Shown one piece after another: positions 43,883 through 53,457 of a stretch of DNA of 64,000 nt (position 1 is the first letter of the stretch; every line of letters starts with the position of its first letter). Origin of the DNA: an uncultured Candidatus Melainabacteria bacterium. GTDB lineage: Bacteria > Cyanobacteriota > Vampirovibrionia > Gastranaerophilales > Gastranaerophilaceae. The stretch covers positions 15,075 to 79,074 of the forward strand of contig CAKVIN010000010.1 of the NCBI GenBank assembly GCA_934754425.1, read 5' to 3'. A model generated the notes under the pieces. That model had not been told where the DNA came from. It saw only the letters and a list, made by a program, of their open reading frames with translations, and ran no database searches. The position numbers and the translations under genes are program-made.

Positions 43883-45632
43883 AATTATGCCTATTAATTT
43901 CAGGGCAATGGCTCCACAACAACAAGTTGAAACTCCAAAAGCACAAGAACAAAAAAATATTGATAGCGAAGTTTCCGCAAAATATTTACAAAATCTTGCC
44001 TTAATGAATGCTGCTTCCGTAAAAAAAGTTGATTTGAATTCAACAAAAACAGAACCATATAAAAACAACCTTAGAAGTATGATTCAAAACAACGAATCCG
44101 TTATGATGGCAATTGTACCTAGAACATTCACAGCAAAAGATTTAAACGGTGATGATAAAGTTACATTATCAACAGGAGAAAAAAACGGTACTTTGTTGAG
44201 TGCAATTTCAAGACTTGACGAACTTAAAGAAGATGGTATCAACACAATCCATATTTTACCGATACATCCAACAGGAAAGAAAAACGCAATGGGTACAGCA
44301 GGTTCCTTGTATTCACCTGCAAAATACGTAACTGATGATGGTCACCTAGCAATTGATCCGATGATTGTTGACCAAAACGACCCAAGAACTCCTGATGAAC
44401 AATTTAAAGCTTTAATAGATGAATGTCATAAACGTGGAATCAAAGTAATGCTTGATTTACCAAGTTGTGCTTCTGTAGATATGTTTGAAACAGAACCTGA
44501 ACTTATGGCATACGGCAGAAACGGTGAAGATAAAACACCACAAGGTTGGGCTGATATCAGAATGTTTGAACCTTGGGCAGATGAAGCTCAAAGAACATTA
44601 AACCCAAAATTATTAGAAATGCACAAACAATACGTAGATGCTTGCATTGATTTAGGCATCGATGGTATAAGAGCCGACGTTGCCAGAGCTAAACCTCCTG
44701 AATTTTGGGATCAACTTATCAAATATTCACACGAAAAAGATCCACAATTTGGTTGGTTAGCAGAAAGCTATACTTATGAATGCGCTTCTCCGATGGTAAA
44801 TATGCCGTATGACAGACCGGAAGACTTACTTAAAGCCGGCTTTGATGATTACTACGGACAATATCACATTTTTCACGATTGGAGAAATGCTTCCGAATTT
44901 GATGATTATGTAAAATTTAATCTTGATTTATCTCAAAAATTACCGGCAGGAAAAAGCGTTATCGGTTCATTTTTAACACACGATGACAGTTCTTCAATGA
45001 TACACGGTGGAGAAAATTTCTGCAAATTAACAACAATTTTGCAATCAACAATCCCAATGTGTAATCCATACTTCATTGATGGATTCCAAACCGGTGATTA
45101 TTACGATTATAAATACCGCAACACAGAAAACATAGAATCATTCAATGGTAATACATTAATGAATGAACACAGATATCGTTTAGCTCTATTCAATTTATCC
45201 AGAAAACCGGGTGGCGATTGTCCTGATATCGAAAGAGTTATGCGTGGTACATTAAAAATGAGAAGTGAAAATCTTGATGTTCTTGCCGATAGAAATAGTA
45301 GTTTTATCGAATTAGACAAACGAGAAGACAAAAACGATCAAATTATTGCTTACGCAAGACACAATAGCAAAAACGGTAGAACAATACTTGTAGTTGCAAA
45401 TAAAAACCCTAATAGAAATGTAACAGGTATTGTAGAAATTCCAGGATTAAAAGAAACACAAAAACTTAAAAATATGGTTCCGGAATACGGTGATACAAGT
45501 GAATTCCAAGTTGATGAAGATGAACTTAGAGTAAATCTTGCACCTTGCGATGCTTATGTTTTTGAAATCGACACTCCAAATATCGAAGAAGATAGAAAAG
45601 AACACGCTTTTAAACAAAAAGTTCATGATTAA
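43863..45632 (+). CDS. GH13 alpha-amylase-family glycoside hydrolase
   Basis: DGINTIHILPIHP, KVMLDLP, GIDGIRADVA, GWLAESY and FLTHDD correspond to GH13 conserved regions I-IV. The start (GTG 43863 or ATG 43866/43869 after AGGTGA) overlaps the upstream gene. Confidence 0.8.
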   Translation: MMMQISKIMPINFRAMAPQQQVETPKAQEQKNIDSEVSAKYLQNLALMNAASVKKVDLNSTKTEPYKNNLRSMIQNNESVMMAIVPRTFTAKDLNGDDKVTLSTGEKNGTLLSAISRLDELKEDGINTIHILPIHPTGKKNAMGTAGSLYSPAKYVTDDGHLAIDPMIVDQNDPRTPDEQFKALIDECHKRGIKVMLDLPSCASVDMFETEPELMAYGRNGEDKTPQGWADIRMFEPWADEAQRTLNPKLLEMHKQYVDACIDLGIDGIRADVARAKPPEFWDQLIKYSHEKDPQFGWLAESYTYECASPMVNMPYDRPEDLLKAGFDDYYGQYHIFHDWRNASEFDDYVKFNLDLSQKLPAGKSVIGSFLTHDDSSSMIHGGENFCKLTTILQSTIPMCNPYFIDGFQTGDYYDYKYRNTENIESFNGNTLMNEHRYRLALFNLSRKPGGDCPDIERVMRGTLKMRSENLDVLADRNSSFIELDKREDKNDQIIAYARHNSKNGRTILVVANKNPNRNVTGIVEIPGLKETQKLKNMVPEYGDTSEFQVDEDELRVNLAPCDAYVFEIDTPNIEEDRKEHAFKQKVHD

Positions 45633-45663
45633 ATATACGCAAACATTAAATAAATAACGCAAA

Positions 45664-45686
45664 AGACCGGCATGCCGGTCTTTTTA
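45664..45686. terminator. Bidirectional terminator hairpin between convergent genes
   Basis: AGACCGG-catg-CCGGTCT with A4 upstream and T5 downstream. Confidence 0.75.
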
Positions 45687-46250
45687 TTAAATATTATTTT
45701 GTTCAATTTTTCTTACAACTCTTGCAGGGTTTCCAACAGCTAAAGAATTCTCCGGTATATCTTTTGTTACAACTGAACCTGCTCCAATAACGCATCCGTC
45801 ACCAACTGTAACTCCGGGAAGAAAAATAACACTTCCACCAACCCAACAATTTTTACCGATTGTTATTGGTTTTGCTGTTTCTACAAACTTGTTTCTTGTT
45901 TTATAATCCAATGGATGAATTGGTGTATAAAATTGTGCATTAGGCCCAACAAGAGTATTGTCACCGATTTTAACTTTTGCACAATCTAAAACTACACAAT
46001 TTGCATTAAAATAAACACCGTTACCTAACTCCGTATTGCAACCATAATCAAAGAAAACATTTGGGGTTACAAAACATCCTTCACCAACTTTGCCCAAAAA
46101 AGATTTTAAGATTTCTTCACGTTTTTGTGCATCTGGTTCTGCATTAAATTCTTTTGCTTTCTGTTGTGAAAGTTCTCTTAGTTTTATTAACTCTTCATCT
46201 TGCATTGGATAATAATCCAAGCCATTTATCATTTTATCAAATTCTCTCAT
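45687..46250 (-). CDS. Maltose/galactoside O-acetyltransferase (hexapeptide-repeat family)
   Basis: N-terminal Mac domain (MINGLDYYPMQDEELIKLRE) and left-handed beta-helix repeats (IGDNTLVGPN, IGKNCWVGGSV, VGDGCVIGAGSVV). ATG 46250 preferred over TTG 46286. Confidence 0.85.
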   Translation of the reverse strand: MREFDKMINGLDYYPMQDEELIKLRELSQQKAKEFNAEPDAQKREEILKSFLGKVGEGCFVTPNVFFDYGCNTELGNGVYFNANCVVLDCAKVKIGDNTLVGPNAQFYTPIHPLDYKTRNKFVETAKPITIGKNCWVGGSVIFLPGVTVGDGCVIGAGSVVTKDIPENSLAVGNPARVVRKIEQNNI

Positions 46251-46333
46251 AATTAGAATATAAACATCAAAGAGGTTAACTGTCAATCAGACAATTAACC
46301 TCCTAGTTGATCTTTACTTCTTTTCTTTAAAAA

Positions 46334-46495
46334 CTATGATTGATAAGCGCCGGCTTGTTGTGCATAAGTCCAAGCTGACATTTTTTTCAACTTATCATTT
46401 TCAGTTTCTTTTGGAACTGCATTATTGTGTTCCATATTAAACCAGACCGGTTTACTACCTGATGTATGGCCAATACCACTTGCTTTAGGGTCCAT
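46334..46495 (-). CDS. Small protein (53 aa), unknown function; not in the ORF track
   Basis: AAAAAAGGAGG lies 6 nt upstream of the ATG. Product MDPKASGIGHTSGSKPVWFNMEHNNAVPKETENDKLKKMSAWTYAQQAGAYQS. A bipartite-like module lies upstream. Confidence 0.55.
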   Translation of the reverse strand: MDPKASGIGHTSGSKPVWFNMEHNNAVPKETENDKLKKMSAWTYAQQAGAYQS

Positions 46496-46546
46496 AGTTG
46501 CCTCCTTTTTTATTTAATATCTTCGTTTTTTTCGTACATCTATACA

Positions 46547-46604
46547 TTAATAAAGTATTTTATTTTGTTTGAATTTCATATTTTGTTTTTTTCTTTACAA
46601 ATAT
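46547..46604 (-). promoter_or_regulatory. Bipartite-like module (ACTTTATTAATG box; weak TATTTGTAAAG element)
   Basis: Same order and spacing as the stronger copies, about 50 nt upstream of ATG 46495. Confidence 0.3.
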
Positions 46605-46667
46605 TTACACAAGTCCTCAAATTATTTCTCATTTAATCTATAATATAAATACACAAAGGAGATTATT

Positions 46668-47234
46668 TTGGATATTTTAATGGATGATGTTACTGCCGGA
46701 ATATTAGCAGAATTAGAAAAAACACAAAAAGAATTTTGGAATGTACCTAGAAAAACAGGTATATTATTAAATACATTTATAAAAATGATGAACGCAAAAA
46801 GCGTATTAGAAATAGGAACTTCTAACGGATATTCCGGATTATGGCTATCTAAAGCGCTTAAAGAAACCGGTGGAAGACTTACTACAATTGAATTTTATGA
46901 TAAGCGTCAAAGTATTGCGATAGAAAATTTCAAAACTTGTGGAGTTATGGATATTGTTAGACCACTACAAGGTTCTGCGTGCGAAATTTTAGAATCTTTA
47001 GATGATAATGAAAAATTTGATTTTGTATTTATTGACGCTTGCAAAAAAGAATATGTAAAATATTTTGAACTCATAAAACCACATTTAACTCAAAAAGCGA
47101 TGATTGTTGCCGATAATATAATCTCTCATTCAGAAAAAGTTCAAGATTTTATTGCGGCTGTTGACGCTGATGAAGAATTTCAATACGCAATTGTAGAAGT
47201 CCCAGGGGGAATTTTAACTGCATATAGAAATTAA
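46668..47234 (+). CDS. Class I SAM-dependent O-methyltransferase (family 3, caffeoyl-CoA OMT/YrrM-like)
   Basis: VLEIGTSNGYSGLWL and FDFVFIDACK motifs. TTG start 6 nt after AAGGAG. Confidence 0.8.
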   Translation: MDILMDDVTAGILAELEKTQKEFWNVPRKTGILLNTFIKMMNAKSVLEIGTSNGYSGLWLSKALKETGGRLTTIEFYDKRQSIAIENFKTCGVMDIVRPLQGSACEILESLDDNEKFDFVFIDACKKEYVKYFELIKPHLTQKAMIVADNIISHSEKVQDFIAAVDADEEFQYAIVEVPGGILTAYRN

Positions 47235-47328
47235 ATTTCAAATTAAAACAGAAATTAGGTATTAACTTATAACAATAAACCGCATTATATGTTACAATAT
47301 AATTAGAATAGTTTATTGAGGTTTTATA

Positions 47329-49623
47329 ATGTACGAATTCCCGTTTGAGTTGGATGATTTTCAAAAAGAGGCTTGTGAGTGTATTACAAAAGGTGAAAGC
47401 GTTGTTGTATGCGCTCCTACAGGAGCCGGCAAGACTGTTATAGCACAACACGCAATCCATTGCGCTTTAGAACAAGGCAAAAGAGTTTTTTATACAACTC
47501 CACTTAAAGCATTATCAAACCAGAAATATAACGATTTTTCAGAAAAATACGGTTCTGATAAAGTTGGGCTTTTAACAGGTGATACTTCAATAAATCGTGG
47601 TGCACAAATTGTCGTAATGACAACAGAAGTCTTTAGAAATATGCTTTACGGCACAAATTTTGGTTCTGTTACTGATAACTTAAAGGATGTTAAATACGTT
47701 ATTTTAGACGAAGTTCACTATATGAACGATGAACAGCGTGGTACAGTTTGGGAAGAAAGCATTATTTATTGTCCGACAAATGTACAACTTGTAGCACTAT
47801 CTGCAACTGTAGCAAACGCAGACAAGCTTACTGATTGGATTAATACAGTTCATTCTAAAACAGAATTGATTAATACTGATTTTCGTCCGGTTCCATTGAG
47901 ATTTTATTATTTTGATTCATCTCAACCGCATACATTACTTCCACTTTTGACTCCAAGCGGTGCTTTAAACAAAAAAATCAAGCCGGAAAAGAAAGAATTT
48001 AAACGTGGAAAAGCTGTTCAAAAGAAAAATACAGTAAAAGATGTTGTAAGGAATTTGCATGAACAAAATATGTTGCCTGCAATCTATTTCACTTTTTCAC
48101 GCAAAAAGTGTGATGAACAAATGGAAAAATGCGCATCATTATGTTTGATTACCCCTAAAGAGCAAGAGCAAATCAGAGAAATAATTGATGAATATATTGC
48201 AGAAAATCCTTATTTATATAAAAACAAGCATATTGAATACTTACTTCAAGGTGTTGCCTCACATCATGCCGGTTTACTTCCAGGCTGGAAAGTGCTTGTA
48301 GAAAAGCTTTTCCAAAAAGGATTAATTAAAGTTGTATTTGCGACAGAAACACTTGCTGCCGGAATCAACATGCCGGCACGTTCCACTGTAATCAGTTCAA
48401 TAAGCAAAAGAACTGATAGTGGACATAGAACTCTTACTCCTAGCGAATTTTTACAAATGTCAGGTCGTGCAGGTCGTAGAGGTATGGACGAAATCGGCTA
48501 TGTTGTGATTGTAGGCAGTCCTTTCCAAACTCCGGAAGAGGTTGCAGAACTCGTTTTGAGTGAAGCTAATCCACTTGAAAGTAAATTCTCGCCAAGTTAT
48601 TCAATGGTTTTAAATTTGCTTCAAAGATTTACTTTAGAAGAAGCTAAAGAACTTGTACTAAAGAGTTTTGGCTATTTTTCTTCTAACTATAGAATTGAAC
48701 CTTTGATAAACTTAAAGAAAGAATTTGACCAAAAGATAGATGAATGCAATTCTTTTGAATGTTATTGCAAACGCACAAACGAAGATTTGCTGGAATATAA
48801 TAAAATTCGTGATATTTATGTTCAGAATAGAAGAGTGTTTAAAACTATTCAAAAACAAGAAAAGAAGAAAAACAGACCACTTAGCGAAGAAGCGGTGGAA
48901 TTTGGCAGACAAACAAAATTACTTCTTGAAAAAATGCACTCTTATCAGTGTGATACTTGTAAGTTATTCAAAAAGCATATGAAAAATATTGATTTGCTTG
49001 AAAGATATTTAACAAAAGAAAAAGCACTTGATAAGGAAATTGAAAAACAAAAAGATATATTTTGGAATAAATTCTTATCTCATAGAGCTGTGCTTGCTGA
49101 ATATGGGTACTTAAAAGATGATTATCCGACAGAAAAAGGGGTTACAATTTCTCAAATACGTTCAGAAAATGAATTGTTCCTTGCTCAAATAATTTTCTCA
49201 GGAGTGCTGGAAGGATTGACTCCTGCAGAATTAGCAAGTGTTGTTTGTGCTATTACAACAGAAGACATGAGAGCGGATTTGTATTCACAACTGCCTTTAT
49301 CACCTAATGTAAGAAAAAAACTCAACAAAATCAAAGATATTAGACGTGATTTAGATAAAAAACAAAAACATTATGATGTAGAAGATCCTATGTATATCAA
49401 TGGATTTTATTCACCATTAATAGAAATGTGGGCTAATGGTGCCGAATGGGATAGTATTATTGATGAAGTCGACATGGGCGAAGGCGACATTGTAAGATGC
49501 TTTAAACGTGTAATTGACGTTTTAAGACAATTCTGTACTATTGCAAACATTCCTGAAGACTTAGTGTTTACAGCAAGAGAAGCAATTGACTTGATACAAA
49601 AAAGCCCGATTGATATAGATTAA
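47329..49623 (+). CDS. Ski2/HelY-like DExH-box RNA helicase with C-terminal DSHCT-like domain
   Basis: APTGAGKT, LDEVHY, SATV, HHAGLLP, TETLAAGINMPA and QMSGRAGRRG motifs. The C-terminal ~170 aa resemble the DSHCT domain. Confidence 0.85.
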   Translation: MYEFPFELDDFQKEACECITKGESVVVCAPTGAGKTVIAQHAIHCALEQGKRVFYTTPLKALSNQKYNDFSEKYGSDKVGLLTGDTSINRGAQIVVMTTEVFRNMLYGTNFGSVTDNLKDVKYVILDEVHYMNDEQRGTVWEESIIYCPTNVQLVALSATVANADKLTDWINTVHSKTELINTDFRPVPLRFYYFDSSQPHTLLPLLTPSGALNKKIKPEKKEFKRGKAVQKKNTVKDVVRNLHEQNMLPAIYFTFSRKKCDEQMEKCASLCLITPKEQEQIREIIDEYIAENPYLYKNKHIEYLLQGVASHHAGLLPGWKVLVEKLFQKGLIKVVFATETLAAGINMPARSTVISSISKRTDSGHRTLTPSEFLQMSGRAGRRGMDEIGYVVIVGSPFQTPEEVAELVLSEANPLESKFSPSYSMVLNLLQRFTLEEAKELVLKSFGYFSSNYRIEPLINLKKEFDQKIDECNSFECYCKRTNEDLLEYNKIRDIYVQNRRVFKTIQKQEKKKNRPLSEEAVEFGRQTKLLLEKMHSYQCDTCKLFKKHMKNIDLLERYLTKEKALDKEIEKQKDIFWNKFLSHRAVLAEYGYLKDDYPTEKGVTISQIRSENELFLAQIIFSGVLEGLTPAELASVVCAITTEDMRADLYSQLPLSPNVRKKLNKIKDIRRDLDKKQKHYDVEDPMYINGFYSPLIEMWANGAEWDSIIDEVDMGEGDIVRCFKRVIDVLRQFCTIANIPEDLVFTAREAIDLIQKSPIDID

Positions 49624-49669
49624 AACAACAATTCTTAAGTATCAGTACTTATATAATTTCACTTACACA

Positions 49670-50503
49670 TTAATGAATCATATAAGTTGCATTGTTGCCA
49701 AGAACTTTGTCTTTAAGGCGTTTAAAACCTTTTCCATAAATATATTTCATCTGTTCAACTAGATTTTCTTCTACGTCTATCAAATACATGTCATGAACAA
49801 TAAATTCTTTGATTATAAAAACAATACCTTTATTTTTTGTCCAAATTATATTTGTATCAGAAATATCATTTTTTAACGAAGAAATTTTTCCAATGATACC
49901 TTCACTATCATCTGCAGCAATTATAATCATTCTACCGCCGAGTGAAAGTTCGATATCTCTTGCAAAAGCGTGCTCAAACACCAGCCCGAATCTGGAAGTA
50001 AAATTATCATATCCTACAATTCTAATTTCTACATTCCTATTGTAAGCATTCAAAAGTTCTTTTTCAAAAATTTTATAATCCTGAGACCATATTTCCATAT
50101 ATATTTCACGTTTTGCATTTTGAATAACTTCAATAATTTTATCTTGAATATTTTTAATTCCATTAACAGTTATAATTGGCTCATTATAATTATCTTTTAC
50201 TTCCGGAAGATGTTTATCAAGATAATTAACAGTAGAATTCATCTTTTTTAAATAGGCTGATGTCAATTGTTTTGGTTTTATTGGAGTATAAGTTACAGGT
50301 TTTGTATTTGCAGACACAACAATATTTTTTTCTTCTAACACTTTTAATGTATCATAAGTTCTGGATTGAGGAATATTTGTAAGCTTTGCTACCTCATATC
50401 CAGTTGCCGGAAAATTTTTCAATAAAGCAATATAAACTTTTGCTTCATAAGTATTAAAGCCAATTTCTTTTAATTTTTCGACTAAATCTGCCATTAAACA
50501 CAC
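49670..50503 (-). CDS. TrmB-family transcriptional regulator
   Basis: N-terminal wHTH LGFNTYEAKVYIALLKNFPATGYEVAKLTNIPQSRTYDTLKVLEEKNIV plus a C-terminal TrmB-type domain. Alternative start at ATG 50494. Confidence 0.8.
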   Translation of the reverse strand: MCLMADLVEKLKEIGFNTYEAKVYIALLKNFPATGYEVAKLTNIPQSRTYDTLKVLEEKNIVVSANTKPVTYTPIKPKQLTSAYLKKMNSTVNYLDKHLPEVKDNYNEPIITVNGIKNIQDKIIEVIQNAKREIYMEIWSQDYKIFEKELLNAYNRNVEIRIVGYDNFTSRFGLVFEHAFARDIELSLGGRMIIIAADDSEGIIGKISSLKNDISDTNIIWTKNKGIVFIIKEFIVHDMYLIDVEENLVEQMKYIYGKGFKRLKDKVLGNNATYMIH

Positions 50504-50527
50504 CTGTTCTACATTGTAAAATTAAAA

Positions 50528-51598
50528 TTATACAACCATATCATTAAAACTTCTAGAATCATCATAATTAAACATATGTATAAATGTATAAAGCATTTTT
50601 GCAGAAAACTTTTTTGTACCAACTTCTAACATTGTTCTCAAAGCTTCTTTGTTATTTGTTACAAGATTATGCGTCCTATTAAATGCTAAATTATCATAAT
50701 AATTAGTAACATTAATTATCTGACTGTATTCTGAAATATAATCACTTGATAAACCTTGCGGATATCCGGAACCATCATTATTCTCGTGATGTTCTAAAGC
50801 CACTTTTGCAATTTCTTCTGACAAACCGAATTCATCTTTTATCATTTTATACCCAAGTATCGGATGATTCTTTACTTCTTCTTCACTCATTGTGAGTAAT
50901 GCCTGTGAGCCCGGAAGATTTATTTTAATCTTTCCTATATCATGCAATAGCCCTGACAATATTACTTGGTCAACTGAAACAGTCGGATATTCAAGCTTTT
51001 TGGCTATCAAACCAGACATAGTCGCAACATTGAGCGGATGACAAAGTTCATACTCTCCTAAAAACCTTATTCTGGAACCTTTTCCGGATTTACCGATTTT
51101 TTTATAAACTTCGTTTTTTAATATCCCAACAAGAGTATTTAATTTGAATAACGCTTCTTCATAATATCCTTGCAATAATAAATCCAAAATTCTCTTATAA
51201 AAATACTTAATCCTGACTTGTGTTTCTGTTTTCACATAAGCATCTTTATTAATAACCGTTTCAAAATCCGTAGAATCAATTGATTCGTATGTAAAATTCA
51301 ACAATTGAGTAGCCGCAGGAGTACCTTCTACTTGTTTAGTATTTTTTTCATTATCATCATTATTATTAAACTCTTCAGTATAAATTTTTATATGATTTTT
51401 TAACATTATCAACTTGCCAGGAGTTAATACTTCTCCTGCTTCCAAAATCTTGTTTTTAGATTCCGTATACAAATCGAATGGTAAAACTTTATAACTACTT
51501 AATTCTTTTGTTGTAACAATTCTCATATTTAGGATTATAGCACTTTTTTTATTATTTTCATACTGTATATGTTTTATTTTTATTAAACCATATTCCAA
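50528..51598 (-). CDS. HD-GYP-domain phosphodiesterase (c-di-GMP)
   Basis: HDIGK and HHENNDGSGYPQG motifs. The listed start overlaps the upstream gene by 16 nt. Alternative ATG at 51526. Confidence 0.8.
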   Translation of the reverse strand: MEYGLIKIKHIQYENNKKSAIILNMRIVTTKELSSYKVLPFDLYTESKNKILEAGEVLTPGKLIMLKNHIKIYTEEFNNNDDNEKNTKQVEGTPAATQLLNFTYESIDSTDFETVINKDAYVKTETQVRIKYFYKRILDLLLQGYYEEALFKLNTLVGILKNEVYKKIGKSGKGSRIRFLGEYELCHPLNVATMSGLIAKKLEYPTVSVDQVILSGLLHDIGKIKINLPGSQALLTMSEEEVKNHPILGYKMIKDEFGLSEEIAKVALEHHENNDGSGYPQGLSSDYISEYSQIINVTNYYDNLAFNRTHNLVTNNKEALRTMLEVGTKKFSAKMLYTFIHMFNYDDSRSFNDMVV

Positions 51599-52629
51599 GC
51601 ATTTTTAGGACAAACAGCCTGACATATTCCGCACCCGATACATTTATCATCCCGTACAGAATATTTTTTCGTTTCTTCTTCTATAGCAGATTGAGGACAA
51701 TTTTTTAAACACAAATCACAACCTACACACAAATCTCTATCCCAAATAGGTTTGCGCAACCTTGCATCACCAGTTTGAGCTAATGCATAAATTTCTCCAT
51801 TATCATCAACCAAATCGCCAAAAAGTCCTTCTTTAAACCACTCTTGCTGTTTAAACTCTTTAACACTAATCTTTTTTTCTTTTAATTCCTTCGGTAAAGG
51901 TACAATTTTTGTCCATTCTGAAAAATCTAAAAGTTTCTTTTTTAACTTTGGTTCTCCTATTTCTTGCAAAAATTCCTTCATGCCGGATTTAAGAAAATCT
52001 TTATCACATTTATCAAGCTCTACTTGTTCTACGCATTTTGCAAGACCTTCAACCTTGCCTCTTACATAAACCGTTCCGCCAACCATACCAACACAAGAAC
52101 GGTTACCTAAAACAGATGGCAAATCTTCACAATCATAACCACAAATAACAGCAATACCACCACCCATAAATTCAAAACTAAAAGAGCCTGTATTTTTTAA
52201 CACCCAAAATTGAGGAGGTTCAAATTTGGGATCATGCTTCATCAACGCTCCGGAGCGAGTTCCAACACGACCCGCAACATATATTTTTCCACCGGCTGCG
52301 CAATGTGCTGCAGTATCTCCACCATCACCTTTAACAACAATTTCCGCACCGGAATTTAACCAGCCTATATCAGCAGGAGCAGAGCCCTCTACAACAATTT
52401 TTGTTCCGTCCATACCCATTGCACCGACACGTTGTCCGGGGTTAGTAATATTAAAGGTCAATTTTTTTCCACTTTTTGACCAGCTTGAACCTCCAATATC
52501 ATGTTGTCCGCAAGCTTCTATTTCAAATTCTGTATGTCCGTTTTCAATTTTCTTCTCTATTGTCTGAAGAAGTTCTTGAGTTGACATTCTTATATTATTT
52601 TTGAGCGTTTTTATTTTACATATTGCCAT
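51583..52629 (-). CDS. Archaeal-type glutamate synthase, GXGXG (GltB C-terminal-like) domain fused to 2x[4Fe-4S] ferredoxin
   Basis: GQHDIGG...GMDGTKIVVEGSAPADIGWLNSGAEIVVKGDGGDTAAHCAAGGKIYVAG repeats. C-terminal CVGCDLCLKNCP and CIGCGICQAVCP. Confidence 0.8.
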   Translation of the reverse strand: MAICKIKTLKNNIRMSTQELLQTIEKKIENGHTEFEIEACGQHDIGGSSWSKSGKKLTFNITNPGQRVGAMGMDGTKIVVEGSAPADIGWLNSGAEIVVKGDGGDTAAHCAAGGKIYVAGRVGTRSGALMKHDPKFEPPQFWVLKNTGSFSFEFMGGGIAVICGYDCEDLPSVLGNRSCVGMVGGTVYVRGKVEGLAKCVEQVELDKCDKDFLKSGMKEFLQEIGEPKLKKKLLDFSEWTKIVPLPKELKEKKISVKEFKQQEWFKEGLFGDLVDDNGEIYALAQTGDARLRKPIWDRDLCVGCDLCLKNCPQSAIEEETKKYSVRDDKCIGCGICQAVCPKNAWNMV

Positions 52630-52650
52630 GGTATTTCCTTTTTGAAATAA

Positions 52651-52690
52651 GTCGTTAAGTCACAAGGTCGTTAAGTTCGTTTTAAATTTT
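52651..52690. repeat. Octamer-type intergenic element (GTCGTTAAGTCACAAGGTCGTTAAGTTCGTTTTAAATTTTT)
   Basis: Same family as 4989..5030 and 7701..7857. Sits between the inserted MNT gene and the GXGXG gene. Confidence 0.65.
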
Positions 52691-52720
52691 TAGTGAAGTG
52701 AATTTATTAAACTTATTTAC

Positions 52721-53014
52721 TTATATTTTATACAAATCCTTTTCTATTATTTTCTTAAATTCTGCTTTTAAATTATTCAAATCTACAATATCAATTTTAT
52801 ACGGTATCGTTGATTCTTCAAATTGCGCTTTTAATTGCAACATTTTTTCTATTGGTATTTTATCAGAACTTTTAAGTGCCACATCTACATCCGAATATTC
52901 TAAAGCTTTTCCTTGCGTTCTTGAACCAAAAAAATAAATTTCTACATCAGGAATTAATGCCAATATTTTATCCCTTATGAAGTTTACGTATTTTAGTTCT
53001 AAGTCTAATTCCAT
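52721..53014 (-). CDS. Minimal nucleotidyltransferase (MNT), copy 2
   Basis: FFGSRTQGKALEYSDVDVAL motif. Abuts/overlaps the HEPN gene. Confidence 0.8.
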   Translation of the reverse strand: MELDLELKYVNFIRDKILALIPDVEIYFFGSRTQGKALEYSDVDVALKSSDKIPIEKMLQLKAQFEESTIPYKIDIVDLNNLKAEFKKIIEKDLYKI

Positions 53015-53424
53015 TAGTCAAACTCCTTTAATCGAGTTATCATAAAAGAAATTTCTTTACTAAAATCCGGAATTATACTAAGAACTTGAAGTGCAATTTC
53101 TTCATCATAAGTATGAGAAGTCATATTTCTCATTTCTCTAAATACAGTCCATTTTTCAAGATTAGAGCTTAACAAATTTAACTGAGATGCGGTTCTAATC
53201 ATTTCATTAAAAGACATTTGATTAACTTCTTCCAACACAAAAGCACGCTCTATAAAATACTTGCGTAAAGTTTTTAATGCTATTGAATACGCAAATTCAA
53301 AACGCTGTATAACAGAATCTCGAACAGCTTCATCGTCAGATTCCTTTTCATATCTTAACAACATTTCTTTTAATTTTTTCTCAGCATTTTCTAATGCCGA
53401 TATATTCAATGTTCCTTGTTGCAT
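53014..53424 (-). CDS. HEPN-domain protein (HI0074 family), copy 2
   Basis: IQRFEFAYSIALK and RNMTSH (Rx4H) motifs. About 45% identical by eye to copy 1. Confidence 0.8.
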   Translation of the reverse strand: MQQGTLNISALENAEKKLKEMLLRYEKESDDEAVRDSVIQRFEFAYSIALKTLRKYFIERAFVLEEVNQMSFNEMIRTASQLNLLSSNLEKWTVFREMRNMTSHTYDEEIALQVLSIIPDFSKEISFMITRLKEFD

Positions 53425-53457
53425 TTTTACCTTTCTGATTTTTATTAGAATAAAAGC

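Noticed and set aside
37721-45632. A two-partner secretion cargo (TpsA) next to the ShlB/FhaC-type gene.
   Set aside because: None of the neighbouring proteins shows a signal peptide followed by a TPS-domain-like NPNL/NPNGI region. The 852-aa protein is Lys/Glu-rich and helical with TM segments, not beta-helical.
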